Counted from the stretch's first letter, positions 9,149 through 17,649 are shown. The stretch is 61,501 bases of DNA from a virus (IMGVR_UViG_3300028007_000002:1-61501), one strand, 5' to 3'. The notes: a model not told the origin generated them from the sequence alone. A program made the numbers and translations.

Positions 9149-11236
9149 ATGCCAGATATCTACGACCTCGCTGACCAGCATCGTGCCGAACTGCTGCGCC
9201 GGGAGCAGGCTGCCGCCGGCGCGATGGTGCGCGCCTACGGTCTGGCCTGGCAGCGGATCGAGCGTGACCTGAACGCCCTTTCGCGGCAGATCGAGGACAC
9301 GCGATCACGCGGCGAGGAGATCTCGCCGGCGTGGCTGCTCCGTCGGGACCGGCTGACCGAACTTCAGCGGCAGACGGAGATCGCGGTCGACCAGTTCGCC
9401 GCGTCGGTCGATCACACCATCCAGCAGGAGCAGACACGGGCCATCGAGGCGGGGCGACGTCACGCCGGTCAACTGATGCAGGCCGCAGCGGGTGGCGGGG
9501 CCGAGCTCGTCGGTAATTTTGCTCAGGTGCCGACGGGGGCACTGACCACGATGGTGGGGATGCTGGGCAATGGATCCCCGCTCCGGTCGCTCCTGGATCA
9601 GTTCGGGCTGGCGGCGAGTCAGGCTGTGGGCGATGCGTTGATTGAGGGGCTGGCCATCGGCCAGAACCCGCGGATGATTGCCCGGCGAATCCGGGATGCC
9701 CTCGACGGGAACATGGTCCGGGCGCTGACGATTGCTCGGACGGAGACGCTTCGAGCCTATCGCGAAGCCACCCGACAGACCTACGCGGCGAACAGCCGGG
9801 TAGTGAAGGGGTGGATCTGGCACTGCGCGCTCGATCGCCGGAGCTGCGCACTGTGCGTGGCCATGCATGGGAAGCGGTTTGACGTTCAGGAGCGATTCGG
9901 CACGCATCCCAATTGCTTTCCGGCCGGGACTGTTGCGTCAGGTCCCAGAGCGGTAGGGAGTACTGAGCGGTGGTATGAAGGCGATCTTGTCGAAATAGAA
10001 ACTGCCAGGGGGCACCGGCTTTCCGTCACCCCGAATCACCCGGTACTGACGGCGAAAGGTTGGGTCGCGGCGGGATTCCTCCAAGAAGGTGACGATGTAG
10101 TCAGCAGCATCGGAAGTCAGGGGCCAATTCCGGGAATCGACCCAGATGATTATCAGGTTCCAGCCCTGATCGAGGAGGTAGCACGATCGGTCGGGGGTTC
10201 GACTCCGATGCGAGCCGTAGGCATGCCAACCGCCCCCGAAGATTTCCACGGCGACGGGATCGGCTCCAAGGTCCACGTTGTACGGACCAATGGCCTTCTG
10301 AGGCGTACTCTCAATCCCTCGCTCTTCCAACCACCTCTTGAGCAATTCCTCGGTCGAGGATACCCCCAGCCGCCGCTCTTCTCGGGTCTTCGCTGTTTTG
10401 CATCGTTCTTCGATCGTCTTGACTCGGCCTCGAACGGCGGCATGGGCTGCCTCCGTCAGCCGTCTGTTGTCCTCAGGGCTGCGTCGCTCGGCCATCAACC
10501 GGTTTGCCTCGACAGAGCCTCGGCGGGGAACCCCCGCTTCGCGGAGTCGAACTCCGATGACGTTGCGAGACACTCCGTACTCTTCAGCCAAAGCCTTTTC
10601 GGACTCTCCCGCCAAATACCGGGCGGAGATTTCCGGCATGGGCAGGGGGATGTAGGCACGTCTTCGAGCGCTCGCGCGTTCACCCGCCAGCAGGTAGCGA
10701 GCGGCCTTGTCACGCCACAAACCCCGGTCCTTGATAGCCTCGCGGAGTCGCTGCTCACTAATGTGAAATCGAGCAGAGGCGTTCTGGCAGCTTTCGCCGG
10801 CGATGTAGGACTGGATCGCATTCTCAAGATCAGCCGCCGAAGCTTTCGTGGGCATGTCTACAACCTCGAAACAACTGAGGGGTGGTACCACGCCAACGGT
10901 ATTGTAGTTCACAATTGTCGCTGCGCGATGATTCCGGAAACCCGGACCTGGGACGAGTTGGGCTTCCGGGGCATCGCCGAAACCTCGGTTCAGGTGGAGG
11001 CCGGCGCCGACTGGTTTGCTCGGCAGTCAGTCGATCTCCAGCGGGAGATTCTGGGGCCAACGAAGCTGGTTGCTTATCAGGGCGGGGCGATTCGGCTGGA
11101 GGATCTGGTTGGGGTGCGGCAGGATCCACGGTGGGGCATCACCCGCCACCAGTTGAGCCTGCGGCAGCTCCTCGGCCCGGCTGAAACCAATCGCTGGCGG
11201 GTTGCGGCCGGGCTTCCACCGCAGCATCCAGTTTGA
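9149..11236 (+). CDS. minor capsid/head morphogenesis protein (Mu gpF/SPP1 gp7-like) containing an intein
   Basis: RALTIARTETLRAY, CALCVAMHG; the HPNCRC motif is split by a 334-aa insert. Confidence 0.9.
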   Translation: MPDIYDLADQHRAELLRREQAAAGAMVRAYGLAWQRIERDLNALSRQIEDTRSRGEEISPAWLLRRDRLTELQRQTEIAVDQFAASVDHTIQQEQTRAIEAGRRHAGQLMQAAAGGGAELVGNFAQVPTGALTTMVGMLGNGSPLRSLLDQFGLAASQAVGDALIEGLAIGQNPRMIARRIRDALDGNMVRALTIARTETLRAYREATRQTYAANSRVVKGWIWHCALDRRSCALCVAMHGKRFDVQERFGTHPNCFPAGTVASGPRAVGSTERWYEGDLVEIETARGHRLSVTPNHPVLTAKGWVAAGFLQEGDDVVSSIGSQGPIPGIDPDDYQVPALIEEVARSVGGSTPMRAVGMPTAPEDFHGDGIGSKVHVVRTNGLLRRTLNPSLFQPPLEQFLGRGYPQPPLFSGLRCFASFFDRLDSASNGGMGCLRQPSVVLRAASLGHQPVCLDRASAGNPRFAESNSDDVARHSVLFSQSLFGLSRQIPGGDFRHGQGDVGTSSSARAFTRQQVASGLVTPQTPVLDSLAESLLTNVKSSRGVLAAFAGDVGLDRILKISRRSFRGHVYNLETTEGWYHANGIVVHNCRCAMIPETRTWDELGFRGIAETSVQVEAGADWFARQSVDLQREILGPTKLVAYQGGAIRLEDLVGVRQDPRWGITRHQLSLRQLLGPAETNRWRVAAGLPPQHPV
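9914..10915 (+). mobile_element. intein (334 aa) in gpF-like protein
   Basis: Starts CFPAGT; block B LSVTPNHPVLT; block F VYNLETTEGWY; ends VVHN; +1 residue Cys; removal restores HPN|CRC. Confidence 0.9.
9938..10855 (-). CDS. endonuclease encoded antisense within the intein (HTH repeats plus DUF559/Vsr-like PD-(D/E)xK domain)
   Basis: GAGG before ATG 10855; two Y.AGES HTH-like repeats; SSTEELL...QKAIGPYNVDLG...VAVEIFGGGWH...QGWNLIIIW. Confidence 0.8.
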   Translation of the reverse strand: MPTKASAADLENAIQSYIAGESCQNASARFHISEQRLREAIKDRGLWRDKAARYLLAGERASARRRAYIPLPMPEISARYLAGESEKALAEEYGVSRNVIGVRLREAGVPRRGSVEANRLMAERRSPEDNRRLTEAAHAAVRGRVKTIEERCKTAKTREERRLGVSSTEELLKRWLEERGIESTPQKAIGPYNVDLGADPVAVEIFGGGWHAYGSHRSRTPDRSCYLLDQGWNLIIIWVDSRNWPLTSDAADYIVTFLEESRRDPTFRRQYRVIRGDGKPVPPGSFYFDKIAFIPPLSTPYRSGT

Positions 11237-11306
11237 GGGCGAGGGCGAACGATGAACCAGTGCGCCGTCGTCACCCGCATTGACTGTGGCCCTCAATTTC
11301 AAACAG

Positions 11307-11351
11307 CCTGCGCGGAACTCGTTTCCCCCTCGGATGAGCGGCCTATCATGG
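11307..11351 (+). promoter_or_regulatory. repeated promoter-like motif, copy 3
   Basis: CCTGCGCGGAAC-N22-GCC-TATCAT-GG upstream of scaffold and capsid genes. Confidence 0.55.
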
Positions 11352-11370
11352 CGCCTGATGCGCGACCATT

Positions 11371-11394
11371 CATCCGGGAAGCATCCGGGAAGCA
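11371..11394 (+). repeat. 11-nt tandem repeat in scaffold leader
   Basis: CATCCGGGAAG x2 followed by CA, just before the RBS. Confidence 0.7.
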
Positions 11395-11405
11395 CTGAGG
11401 GAAAC

Positions 11406-11990
11406 ATGCCTGACGAGCAGACGGGCCAGGAGCCCAACCCGACCGGCCAGGAGCCGACCGGGACCGCCGGCAGTGAGTCCACCGCCACGACGCAAACCAC
11501 GCCGTCAAGCGCCGGAGCCGAAACGCAGCAATTCACGGCTGAGTACGTGTCGCAGCTGCGTCGGGAAGCCGCCGAGAACCGCACCAAACTCCGCGCCCTG
11601 GAGGCGGCGGAAAAGAAGCGGCAGGAAGCGGAGATGACCGAGTCGCAGAAGCTTCAAGCGAGGGTGACCGAACTGGAGGCCAATCTGACGGCGCGGGAAG
11701 CCCAGTTGCGGGAGACAACCCTCCGCACCGCGGTGACCGCCGCAGCCATCGAGGCAGGCGCCAGCAACCCGAGCGTGCTCGTGCGGCTGATTGACCCGAG
11801 TGCCGTCGAGTACGCCGAAGACGGTAGCCCGAAGAACCTGAAGAAGCTGGTCGAGGGGCTCAAGGCCCAGGTGCCTGCCCTCTTCAAACCCACGACACCG
11901 GGCGGGTCCGCTGATGCCGGCGCGTCCGGCAAGGCCGGCGGTGCCCCGTCGATGAATGACCTGATCCGCCAGCGGGCAGGTCGCTCCTAG
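11406..11990 (+). CDS. capsid scaffolding protein
   Basis: Low-complexity N-terminus (TGQEP x2), YVSQLRREAAENR coiled coil, GSADAG...SMNDLIR; precedes capsid gene. Confidence 0.85.
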   Translation: MPDEQTGQEPNPTGQEPTGTAGSESTATTQTTPSSAGAETQQFTAEYVSQLRREAAENRTKLRALEAAEKKRQEAEMTESQKLQARVTELEANLTAREAQLRETTLRTAVTAAAIEAGASNPSVLVRLIDPSAVEYAEDGSPKNLKKLVEGLKAQVPALFKPTTPGGSADAGASGKAGGAPSMNDLIRQRAGRS

Positions 11991-12019
11991 ACAGACCACT
12001 CCCACTCGAATCCATTTTC

Positions 12020-12065
12020 GAGGCCCGAGCCCAGTGAGGCCAGAGCCCTTCTGAGGACAGCTCTG
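12020..12065 (+). promoter_or_regulatory. tandem GAGGC-CNGA-GCC motif plus RBS-occluding hairpin (site 1, major capsid)
   Basis: GAGGCCCGAGCCC and GAGGCCAGAGCCC; stem CAGAGC-CCT/AGG-GCTCTG covers GAGG and the first base of GTG. Confidence 0.7.
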
Positions 12066-13012
12066 TGCCGTACAACAACATCACCGATCGCTCTGATGCC
12101 TCTGCCCTGATTCCCGAGGAGGCCGCGTCGCAGATCATTCAGGATCTGCCGAAAACCTCTGTCGCCCTGACCCGGTTCCGTCGGGTGACCATGAGCCGCA
12201 AGCAGCAGCGCATGCCGGTTCTTTCGGCCCTGCCGACCGCCTACTTCGTGGAAGGCGATACCGGTCTGAAGCAAACCACCGAACAGGCTTGGACCAACAA
12301 GTACCTGAACGCCGAAGAGTTGGCCGTCATCGTACCAATTCCGGAAGCCGTGCTCGATGACACCGAGTTCGACATGTGGACCGAGATCCGGCCGCGACTG
12401 GTTGAAGCTCTCGGGATCGCCGTCGATGGCGCCGTGCTTTTCGGCACCAACAAGCCGGCGAGCTGGCCCGACGCGATCGAAGATGGTGCGGCCGCGGCTG
12501 GCAACGCCTTCACTCGCGCCAGCGTGGCCAACAAGGACCTGGTTCACGACATCAACAAGTGCATGGGCTTGGTCGAGGCTGACGGTTTCGACGTGAACGG
12601 TTTCCTGGCGCGGAAGAGCCTGAAGGCCGACCTCCGAGATCTGCGGGACAGCAACGGCCAGCCGATTTATTCTGCCAGCCTGACCTCGCCGACGCCGATG
12701 ACGGTCTACGCCGAGCCAGTGCAGTACGTCGACAATGGCGCCTGGGATAACACGCGGGCTGATCTCATCTGCGGCGATTTCACGCAGGGGATCATGGCGG
12801 TCCGGCAGGATCTCCAGTGGAAGCTGCTGAGCGAGGCCGTGATTCAGGATAACACCGGCGCCATCATCTACAACCTCGCCCAACAGGATATGGTCGCCCT
12901 GCGCGTGACCATGCGGGTGGCTTTCCAAGTCGCTAACCCCACCACGCGCCTGAACCCCAACGGGAGCACCCGCTACCCGTTCTCGGTTCTCCGGCCGGCC
13001 GGCTTCGTCTAA
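12065..13012 (+). CDS. major capsid protein (HK97 fold)
   Basis: LIPEE, AYFVEG, AEELAVIVPIPEAVLDD, GDF, NLAQQDMVALRVTMR. Confidence 0.92.
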   Translation: MPYNNITDRSDASALIPEEAASQIIQDLPKTSVALTRFRRVTMSRKQQRMPVLSALPTAYFVEGDTGLKQTTEQAWTNKYLNAEELAVIVPIPEAVLDDTEFDMWTEIRPRLVEALGIAVDGAVLFGTNKPASWPDAIEDGAAAAGNAFTRASVANKDLVHDINKCMGLVEADGFDVNGFLARKSLKADLRDLRDSNGQPIYSASLTSPTPMTVYAEPVQYVDNGAWDNTRADLICGDFTQGIMAVRQDLQWKLLSEAVIQDNTGAIIYNLAQQDMVALRVTMRVAFQVANPTTRLNPNGSTRYPFSVLRPAGFV

Positions 13013-13015
13013 GCC

Positions 13016-13273
13016 GTGATCTATCTCATGGTGAGGAGTCCGGAGGGTGATGTGATTCGGGTGAGCGCCAAGGCGTTCGCCCTGATCTACCGCCCTTTGG
13101 GCTTCGTTGAGCACACGGAAGAGGCAAACGATGCCGATGTCGGAGAACGAAGCCCGAACCCGGCTCCAGACGATGACGGCATCGAGCAAGGAGCCGACGC
13201 TGACCGAGGCGGAACTCGGCCTGCTGGTGGCAAGCGCCAAGCGGGCGGACCGCGACGGTCTGCCGCCAAGTGA
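13016..13273 (+). CDS. small hypothetical protein after capsid gene
   Basis: GTG right after capsid stop; overlaps next gene. Confidence 0.4.
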   Translation: MIYLMVRSPEGDVIRVSAKAFALIYRPLGFVEHTEEANDADVGERSPNPAPDDDGIEQGADADRGGTRPAGGKRQAGGPRRSAAK

Positions 13274-13490
13274 CGCGGCCTGGACCCCGACATGGGATCT
13301 GAACGCCGCGGCGGCCGAGGGCTGGCGCTGGAAGGCAGCGAAGGCCGCCGCGGATTTCGACTTCAGTGAGGATGGCCAGTCATTCAAGCGCTCGCAGATG
13401 GTCGCGGCCTGCGAGCGGATGGCCGACCTGTACGGCCGCCGGGTGATCGGAACGCTCCCGATTCCGGGGGCTCTGACGGTCCCGAGCTAA
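13131..13490 (+). CDS. head-tail connector/adaptor
   Basis: WDLNAAAAEGWRWKAA...FDFSEDGQSFKRSQ; position after capsid. Confidence 0.7.
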   Translation: MPMSENEARTRLQTMTASSKEPTLTEAELGLLVASAKRADRDGLPPSDAAWTPTWDLNAAAAEGWRWKAAKAAADFDFSEDGQSFKRSQMVAACERMADLYGRRVIGTLPIPGALTVPS

Positions 13491-13541
13491 GTGACATGTC
13501 ACGTAGCAAGCCAGGTAGCAAGTTAAGTGCTGAGTTAGCGC

Positions 13542-13745
13542 ATGCCCACGGAAGATGAGCGCGCGGCGCAGTATCGTCGCGATCAGCAGGCCGGCGAGAA
13601 CGCCGCCGTGATCCGCTGGCGGGCCTTGGCCGGCAACAAGGCGGCCTATAAGGCGCTCTTGGGAAAAGTCCGGCCGCTCCAACGGGATGCTGGCTGGGAT
13701 CCGATTGAACGAGTCCGCGAGAACGAACGCGCGGCAAACGGCTAG
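13542..13745 (+). CDS. hypothetical protein
   Basis: ORF within structural operon. Confidence 0.45.
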   Translation: MPTEDERAAQYRRDQQAGENAAVIRWRALAGNKAAYKALLGKVRPLQRDAGWDPIERVRENERAANG

Positions 13746-13757
13746 GGGAGGCGTTAC

Positions 13758-14624
13758 GTGCCGGATCAGGAGCTGCATGCCCGGAGTGAGAAGATCCTCC
13801 GGGGAGATGGAACGGTTGCCCGCGAGGTGGGCGACATCTTCGGGGTGAAGAGCGACGCGGAGAGCGCCGCCGGCGACGGCACGGTCATCGCACTCCTGAA
13901 ACGACTGCGGACGGCGTTGGCTCCCGCGACCGCCGCCGACGACCTGGCCAACCCGACCTCGCCCCAGGTGTTGAGCCACCAGCACGGCTACGACGGCACG
14001 GTCTGGCGGCGGCTGCGGACGACCGCGAGTGGCGGCTTAGTCGTGGATACTGAGCTGCCAGCCGCTGTTGTCGTCACCGACGATATGACCAGTCCGACCG
14101 CGCCTCAGGTATTGGCGCACCTGATGGCCTTCGATGGCGTTACCTGGGACCGGGTTGCCACAGTCAACCGGGTTGGAGATGCCGCTGCGACCGGCATCTT
14201 GGCTGTTGGAGGCTTTGCCTATAACGGGACTAATTTCGATCGGGTTCGAGCTAATACCGAAGGCACACTGCTGGCCAGTGCGGCCCGGACGGCATCTATC
14301 TCAAGTGCCGACCAGACCAATCATAACGCGTCCGGAGTTCTTATCACTCTGAATGTGACGGCAGTGTCCGGCAGCGCCGGCGTCGTGTTGAGGATTTCCG
14401 GCAAAGATCCCGTGAGTGGCTCTTACCACAATCTGAATGCAGCGATTGCTTCCATCACAACCGTCGGACTGCGGACGTACTATATCTACCCCGGTATAGC
14501 TGCTCTGAACAATGGCGCGACTCAGCCCGTCAACGCGATTCTACCCCGCACATGGCGGGTGACAGTGACGCATGACAATGCAGACTCGATTACTTATTCA
14601 GTCGGATTTGCTCTCATTCTCTAG
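13758..14624 (+). CDS. putative virion decoration/fibre protein with internal repeats
   Basis: Repeats DD...PT.PQVL.H...DG..W.R (x2) and YNGTNFDRVR; beta-rich C-terminal domain; GGAGG RBS. Confidence 0.6.
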   Translation: MPDQELHARSEKILRGDGTVAREVGDIFGVKSDAESAAGDGTVIALLKRLRTALAPATAADDLANPTSPQVLSHQHGYDGTVWRRLRTTASGGLVVDTELPAAVVVTDDMTSPTAPQVLAHLMAFDGVTWDRVATVNRVGDAAATGILAVGGFAYNGTNFDRVRANTEGTLLASAARTASISSADQTNHNASGVLITLNVTAVSGSAGVVLRISGKDPVSGSYHNLNAAIASITTVGLRTYYIYPGIAALNNGATQPVNAILPRTWRVTVTHDNADSITYSVGFALIL

Positions 14625-14632
14625 GAGGCAAC

Positions 14633-14893
14633 ATGCCAGCGGCACACATTGTCAGTCAGTGGCAGGACGCCCACAGCGCCTATCTCGCCGTCCGGGTGGA
14701 TGAGGGCGAGCGGGACGATAAGGGTAAGCCGGCCTACACCGAGTACATCGGCAGCGTCCCCCTCGGTGAGCTGGCCGATCTCAGCGAGTCCGACCAGCAG
14801 GCGGCCCTGATCGCGGCGGTCAAGGCGGAGCGGGATCGGCAGGTCGTGCCGGAGCAGCCCATCCCGGCCATGAAGGGGCCGGTGACGATCTGA
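14633..14893 (+). CDS. hypothetical structural protein
   Basis: AGGAGG RBS; TGATG coupling. Confidence 0.55.
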   Translation: MPAAHIVSQWQDAHSAYLAVRVDEGERDDKGKPAYTEYIGSVPLGELADLSESDQQAALIAAVKAERDRQVVPEQPIPAMKGPVTI

Positions 14894-15255
14894 TGATCAG
14901 TGCTGCGACCCTCGACGGGATGCGGGCAACCCTGAACGCGAGTCTGCCGGACGACGCGGTTATCCAGCGCATCGTGAAGGTGGATGACGGACAGGGCGGC
15001 TTCATCGAGGGGACGCCGACCATCGTGGCCTCGCCCAAAGTGCGGGTGAGCACGGCGGATCTGACCCGCGAGGAAAACACGATGGCCGAGCGGGTTGGGA
15101 TCCAGACAGCTTGGATCCTGACCTTTCCGGCCGAAACCGATGTCACAGCCAAGGATCGCATAGTTGTCGGCGGCCGAACGTTCGAGGTGGCGGCGGTGCT
15201 ACGGCCGCGATCATGGGAGATCAGTCGGCGGGTGCTGGCACGGGAGTTTTTGTAA
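14893..15255 (+). CDS. head closure protein (SPP1 gp16-like)
   Basis: DDGQGG...TDVTAKDRIVVGGRTFEV. Confidence 0.75.
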   Translation: MISAATLDGMRATLNASLPDDAVIQRIVKVDDGQGGFIEGTPTIVASPKVRVSTADLTREENTMAERVGIQTAWILTFPAETDVTAKDRIVVGGRTFEVAAVLRPRSWEISRRVLAREFL

Positions 15256-15512
15256 TGGATCAGATCGGGATGGTGATCTCCCGGCTGGACTCGATCGATC
15301 GCCGTCTTGATCGGATGGAGCGCCAGCAGGAATCGCATGTGAACAATCACGAGAGGGATCAAGCCGGTATATCGGCGCAGGCGGTCGTGCTGGAGAACCG
15401 ACTGACCAAGGTTGAGGGGAGTGTGAGCACACGCACCTGGCTGGGTGGTGTCGGCCTTGTTTTCTCGGCCCTGATCTCGGCGTTATCGACCACGATGGGG
15501 GTGAAACCGTGA
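15255..15512 (+). CDS. coiled-coil protein with C-terminal TM segment; holin-like
   Basis: RLDSIDRRLDRME coil followed by hydrophobic C-terminus. Confidence 0.55.
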   Translation: MDQIGMVISRLDSIDRRLDRMERQQESHVNNHERDQAGISAQAVVLENRLTKVEGSVSTRTWLGGVGLVFSALISALSTTMGVKP

Positions 15513-15751
15513 AGGTGAATTGGGCGCTGGTGAGCTACGGGACACTGGCTGTGCTGAACCTGATGCTGACGGCGTTCGCGGTGGAACTGGGGGCCGGCCG
15601 CGTGCCGATCCCGGCCGAGGCACAGTGGGTCGTCCCGGTTTTGGTGGCCGGCCTCACCGGCGCGACGATGCTCCTGCCGAGGCTGCGACTGACGGCGGGA
15701 GGGAGTGCTCAGGTGACTGTGGATACTGCTATCTCAGAGAGCGAGTCATAA
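15509..15751 (+). CDS. two-TM holin-like membrane protein
   Basis: Two hydrophobic segments in 80 aa. Confidence 0.5.
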   Translation: MKVNWALVSYGTLAVLNLMLTAFAVELGAGRVPIPAEAQWVVPVLVAGLTGATMLLPRLRLTAGGSAQVTVDTAISESES

Positions 15752-15789
15752 CGTCAGCGCTCTATCGACCGGAGAGGATGCGAGGTCAG

Positions 15790-16125
15790 GTGGCGAGAGT
15801 CAGCATCAAGACGCAGCTTGTTTTCAACAAGCTGCCCGAGCTTCGGGGGCAGGTACGCCGTCGAGCGGCCGACGCTGTGACGAAGGCGGCCTTCGATGTG
15901 GAGGCCCAGGCCAAGGCACTGGCACCGGTCGATACCGGTGCCCTCAAGAGCAGCATCCAGGCCCAACCTGAGGGTGATCTGGCGGCGCGAGTGGATGTCG
16001 GGGCCGAGTACGGCATCTACGTGGAGTTCGGGACGCGGAAAATGCGGGCTCAGCCATTTCTCGAACCGGCCGCCGAGCAGGTCAAGCCGAGCTTTGAAGC
16101 AGCCATGCGACAGGTCGCCGGGTGA
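15790..16125 (+). CDS. HK97 gp10-like tail completion/neck protein
   Basis: APVDTGALKSSI, YVEFGTRKMRAQPFLEPA. Confidence 0.9.
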   Translation: MARVSIKTQLVFNKLPELRGQVRRRAADAVTKAAFDVEAQAKALAPVDTGALKSSIQAQPEGDLAARVDVGAEYGIYVEFGTRKMRAQPFLEPAAEQVKPSFEAAMRQVAG

Positions 16126-16520
16126 ACGAGCTCGAGGCGGCAATCGCCACCCGGCTGAAAGAGGACACCACGCTGATCGGGTTGGGGATGACCGGCGTGC
16201 ACCGGTGGCCGGCGCCGGAGGAGGCGCCGTTCCCCTACGTGGTCTTTCAGCCACGGCCCGGCCGGGATCGGTACACCTTGGCCCGCCGGGCCTGGGAGGA
16301 ACTGCCCTATCAGATCGAGGCCATTGACAAGAGCCGGTCAGCCAAGCGGGCCGGCCAGATGGGCGACCGGATCGACGCTCTCTTCACGGATCAACCACTT
16401 GCGGTGACTGCGCGGAACACGCTCTACGCCCGGCGCCAAACCCGTATCAATTTCAGTGAACATGAAGACGGTGTCGTCTACCAGCATGGTGGCGGCGTTT
16501 TCGCGTTCTGGGAGGCGTGA
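16122..16520 (+). CDS. tail terminator protein (DUF3168-like)
   Basis: APEEAPFPYVVF; position between gp10-like gene and tail tube. Confidence 0.7.
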   Translation: MNELEAAIATRLKEDTTLIGLGMTGVHRWPAPEEAPFPYVVFQPRPGRDRYTLARRAWEELPYQIEAIDKSRSAKRAGQMGDRIDALFTDQPLAVTARNTLYARRQTRINFSEHEDGVVYQHGGGVFAFWEA

Positions 16521-16690
16521 TGGCCGAGAAACGGCGCTATCTGGTCAAGAACGGCCTGAACTATGGGCAACGCCGGGTGGAAGCGGGCGAGATCGTGGAT
16601 GACATCCCACGCCAGTCGATTCATTGGCTGCTGCGGGATGGCCATATCGAGGTAGTGCCCAGGGAAGCGAAGGACGCGACTGATGAATGA
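16520..16690 (+). CDS. small structural-region protein (56 aa, not in ORF track)
   Basis: MAEKRRYLVKNGLNYGQRRVEAGEIVDDIPRQSIHWLLRDGHIE; GGAGG RBS and TGATG coupling. Confidence 0.6.
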   Translation: MAEKRRYLVKNGLNYGQRRVEAGEIVDDIPRQSIHWLLRDGHIEVVPREAKDATDE

Positions 16691-16850
16691 GCCGATCCGC
16701 TTGCAGGACGTGCGCTGCCCGGCCTGCGGGCGTCTCCTGTTTCGGGCGCGGCCGTGTGAGGGTGGCCATGCCGAGGTGAAATGCACCTGCCGGCGGCTCA
16801 TCGTCGTGCGGCGCGGCGTGCAGGCGATCGAGAGCAACCAAGCGGCGTAA
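16683..16850 (+). CDS. Com-like zinc-ribbon regulator (55 aa, not in ORF track)
   Basis: MNEPIRLQDVRCPACGRLLFRARPCEGGHAEVKCTCRRL resembles the Mu Com pattern RCxxCxxLL...IKCxxC. Confidence 0.7.
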   Translation: MNEPIRLQDVRCPACGRLLFRARPCEGGHAEVKCTCRRLIVVRRGVQAIESNQAA

Positions 16851-16859
16851 TGCCGTCGC

Positions 16860-16910
16860 GAGAGGCCGGAGCCCGAGAGGCCGGAGCCGGAATCCTGAGG
16901 AGGTTCCGGC
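16860..16910 (+). promoter_or_regulatory. tandem GAGGC-CGGA-GCC motif plus RBS-occluding hairpin (site 2)
   Basis: GAGAGGCCGGAGCC x2; stem GCCGGAA(T)CCT/AGGTTCCGGC covers GAGGAGG directly before GTG 16911. Confidence 0.75.
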
Positions 16911-17624
16911 GTGCCATTTCTCCACGGATCCCAGGCTCGGGTCTACGCCAATGGCTACGATCTCAGCCCCTACTTCTCTAGCATCAGCACGTCGGGGGAA
17001 TCCGACACGGCTGAGACCTCGACCCTTGGTGCCACGGCCAAGACCTACATCCCCGGATTGCGGGACGCGACGCTGAGCGCCGAGGGCTATTTCGACGGAG
17101 AGGCCAACGCGGTCGATGAAGCTCTGAGCACGGCGCTCGGTCAGGACGCTTCCGTTTGGACGGTCCTGCCGCAGGGCGACGTGATCGGCAGCTACGGCTA
17201 CGGCCTATCGGCCATCCTGACATCCTACGAGGTGAATAGTCCGGTCGATGGCGTGGTGGATTGCTCGGCCGAGGCACAGTCCAAGGTTGGCCGGGAACGG
17301 GGCATCGTTCTGCACGTGCTGGCGGCCCGGAACTCCTCGAGTAACGCGGCAAGCCAGAACAACAGTGCGGCCAGCACGAACGGCGGCGCGGCCTACCTTC
17401 AGGTGATGGGTCAGACCGGCAGTGCCAGCAATTCGACCGTGAAAGTCCAACACAGCGTCGACAACAGCGTCTGGACGGATCTGGTGACGTTCACGGTGTT
17501 CAACGGGCGGACGGCGGAGCGGCGGGCGATCACGGGCACCATCAATCAGTACACGCGGGCATCGTGGACGCCGGCGGCCGGCGCCACCATCACGTTTGCC
17601 GTGCTGCTGTCGCGGGCAGCCTAA
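16911..17624 (+). CDS. tail tube-like protein with C-terminal extension
   Basis: DTAETSTLG...KTYIPGLRDAT...LTSYEV; paralog of next gene. Confidence 0.75.
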   Translation: MPFLHGSQARVYANGYDLSPYFSSISTSGESDTAETSTLGATAKTYIPGLRDATLSAEGYFDGEANAVDEALSTALGQDASVWTVLPQGDVIGSYGYGLSAILTSYEVNSPVDGVVDCSAEAQSKVGRERGIVLHVLAARNSSSNAASQNNSAASTNGGAAYLQVMGQTGSASNSTVKVQHSVDNSVWTDLVTFTVFNGRTAERRAITGTINQYTRASWTPAAGATITFAVLLSRAA

Positions 17625-17649
17625 GCCGCGACGCCAATTGAAAAAAGGT

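Noticed and set aside
11987-13387. Long minus-strand ORFs opposite capsid, tape measure and fibre genes (also 18844-20280, 25192-26376)
   Set aside because: Typical high-GC shadow frames with no recognisable domains, unlike the antisense ORF in the intein.
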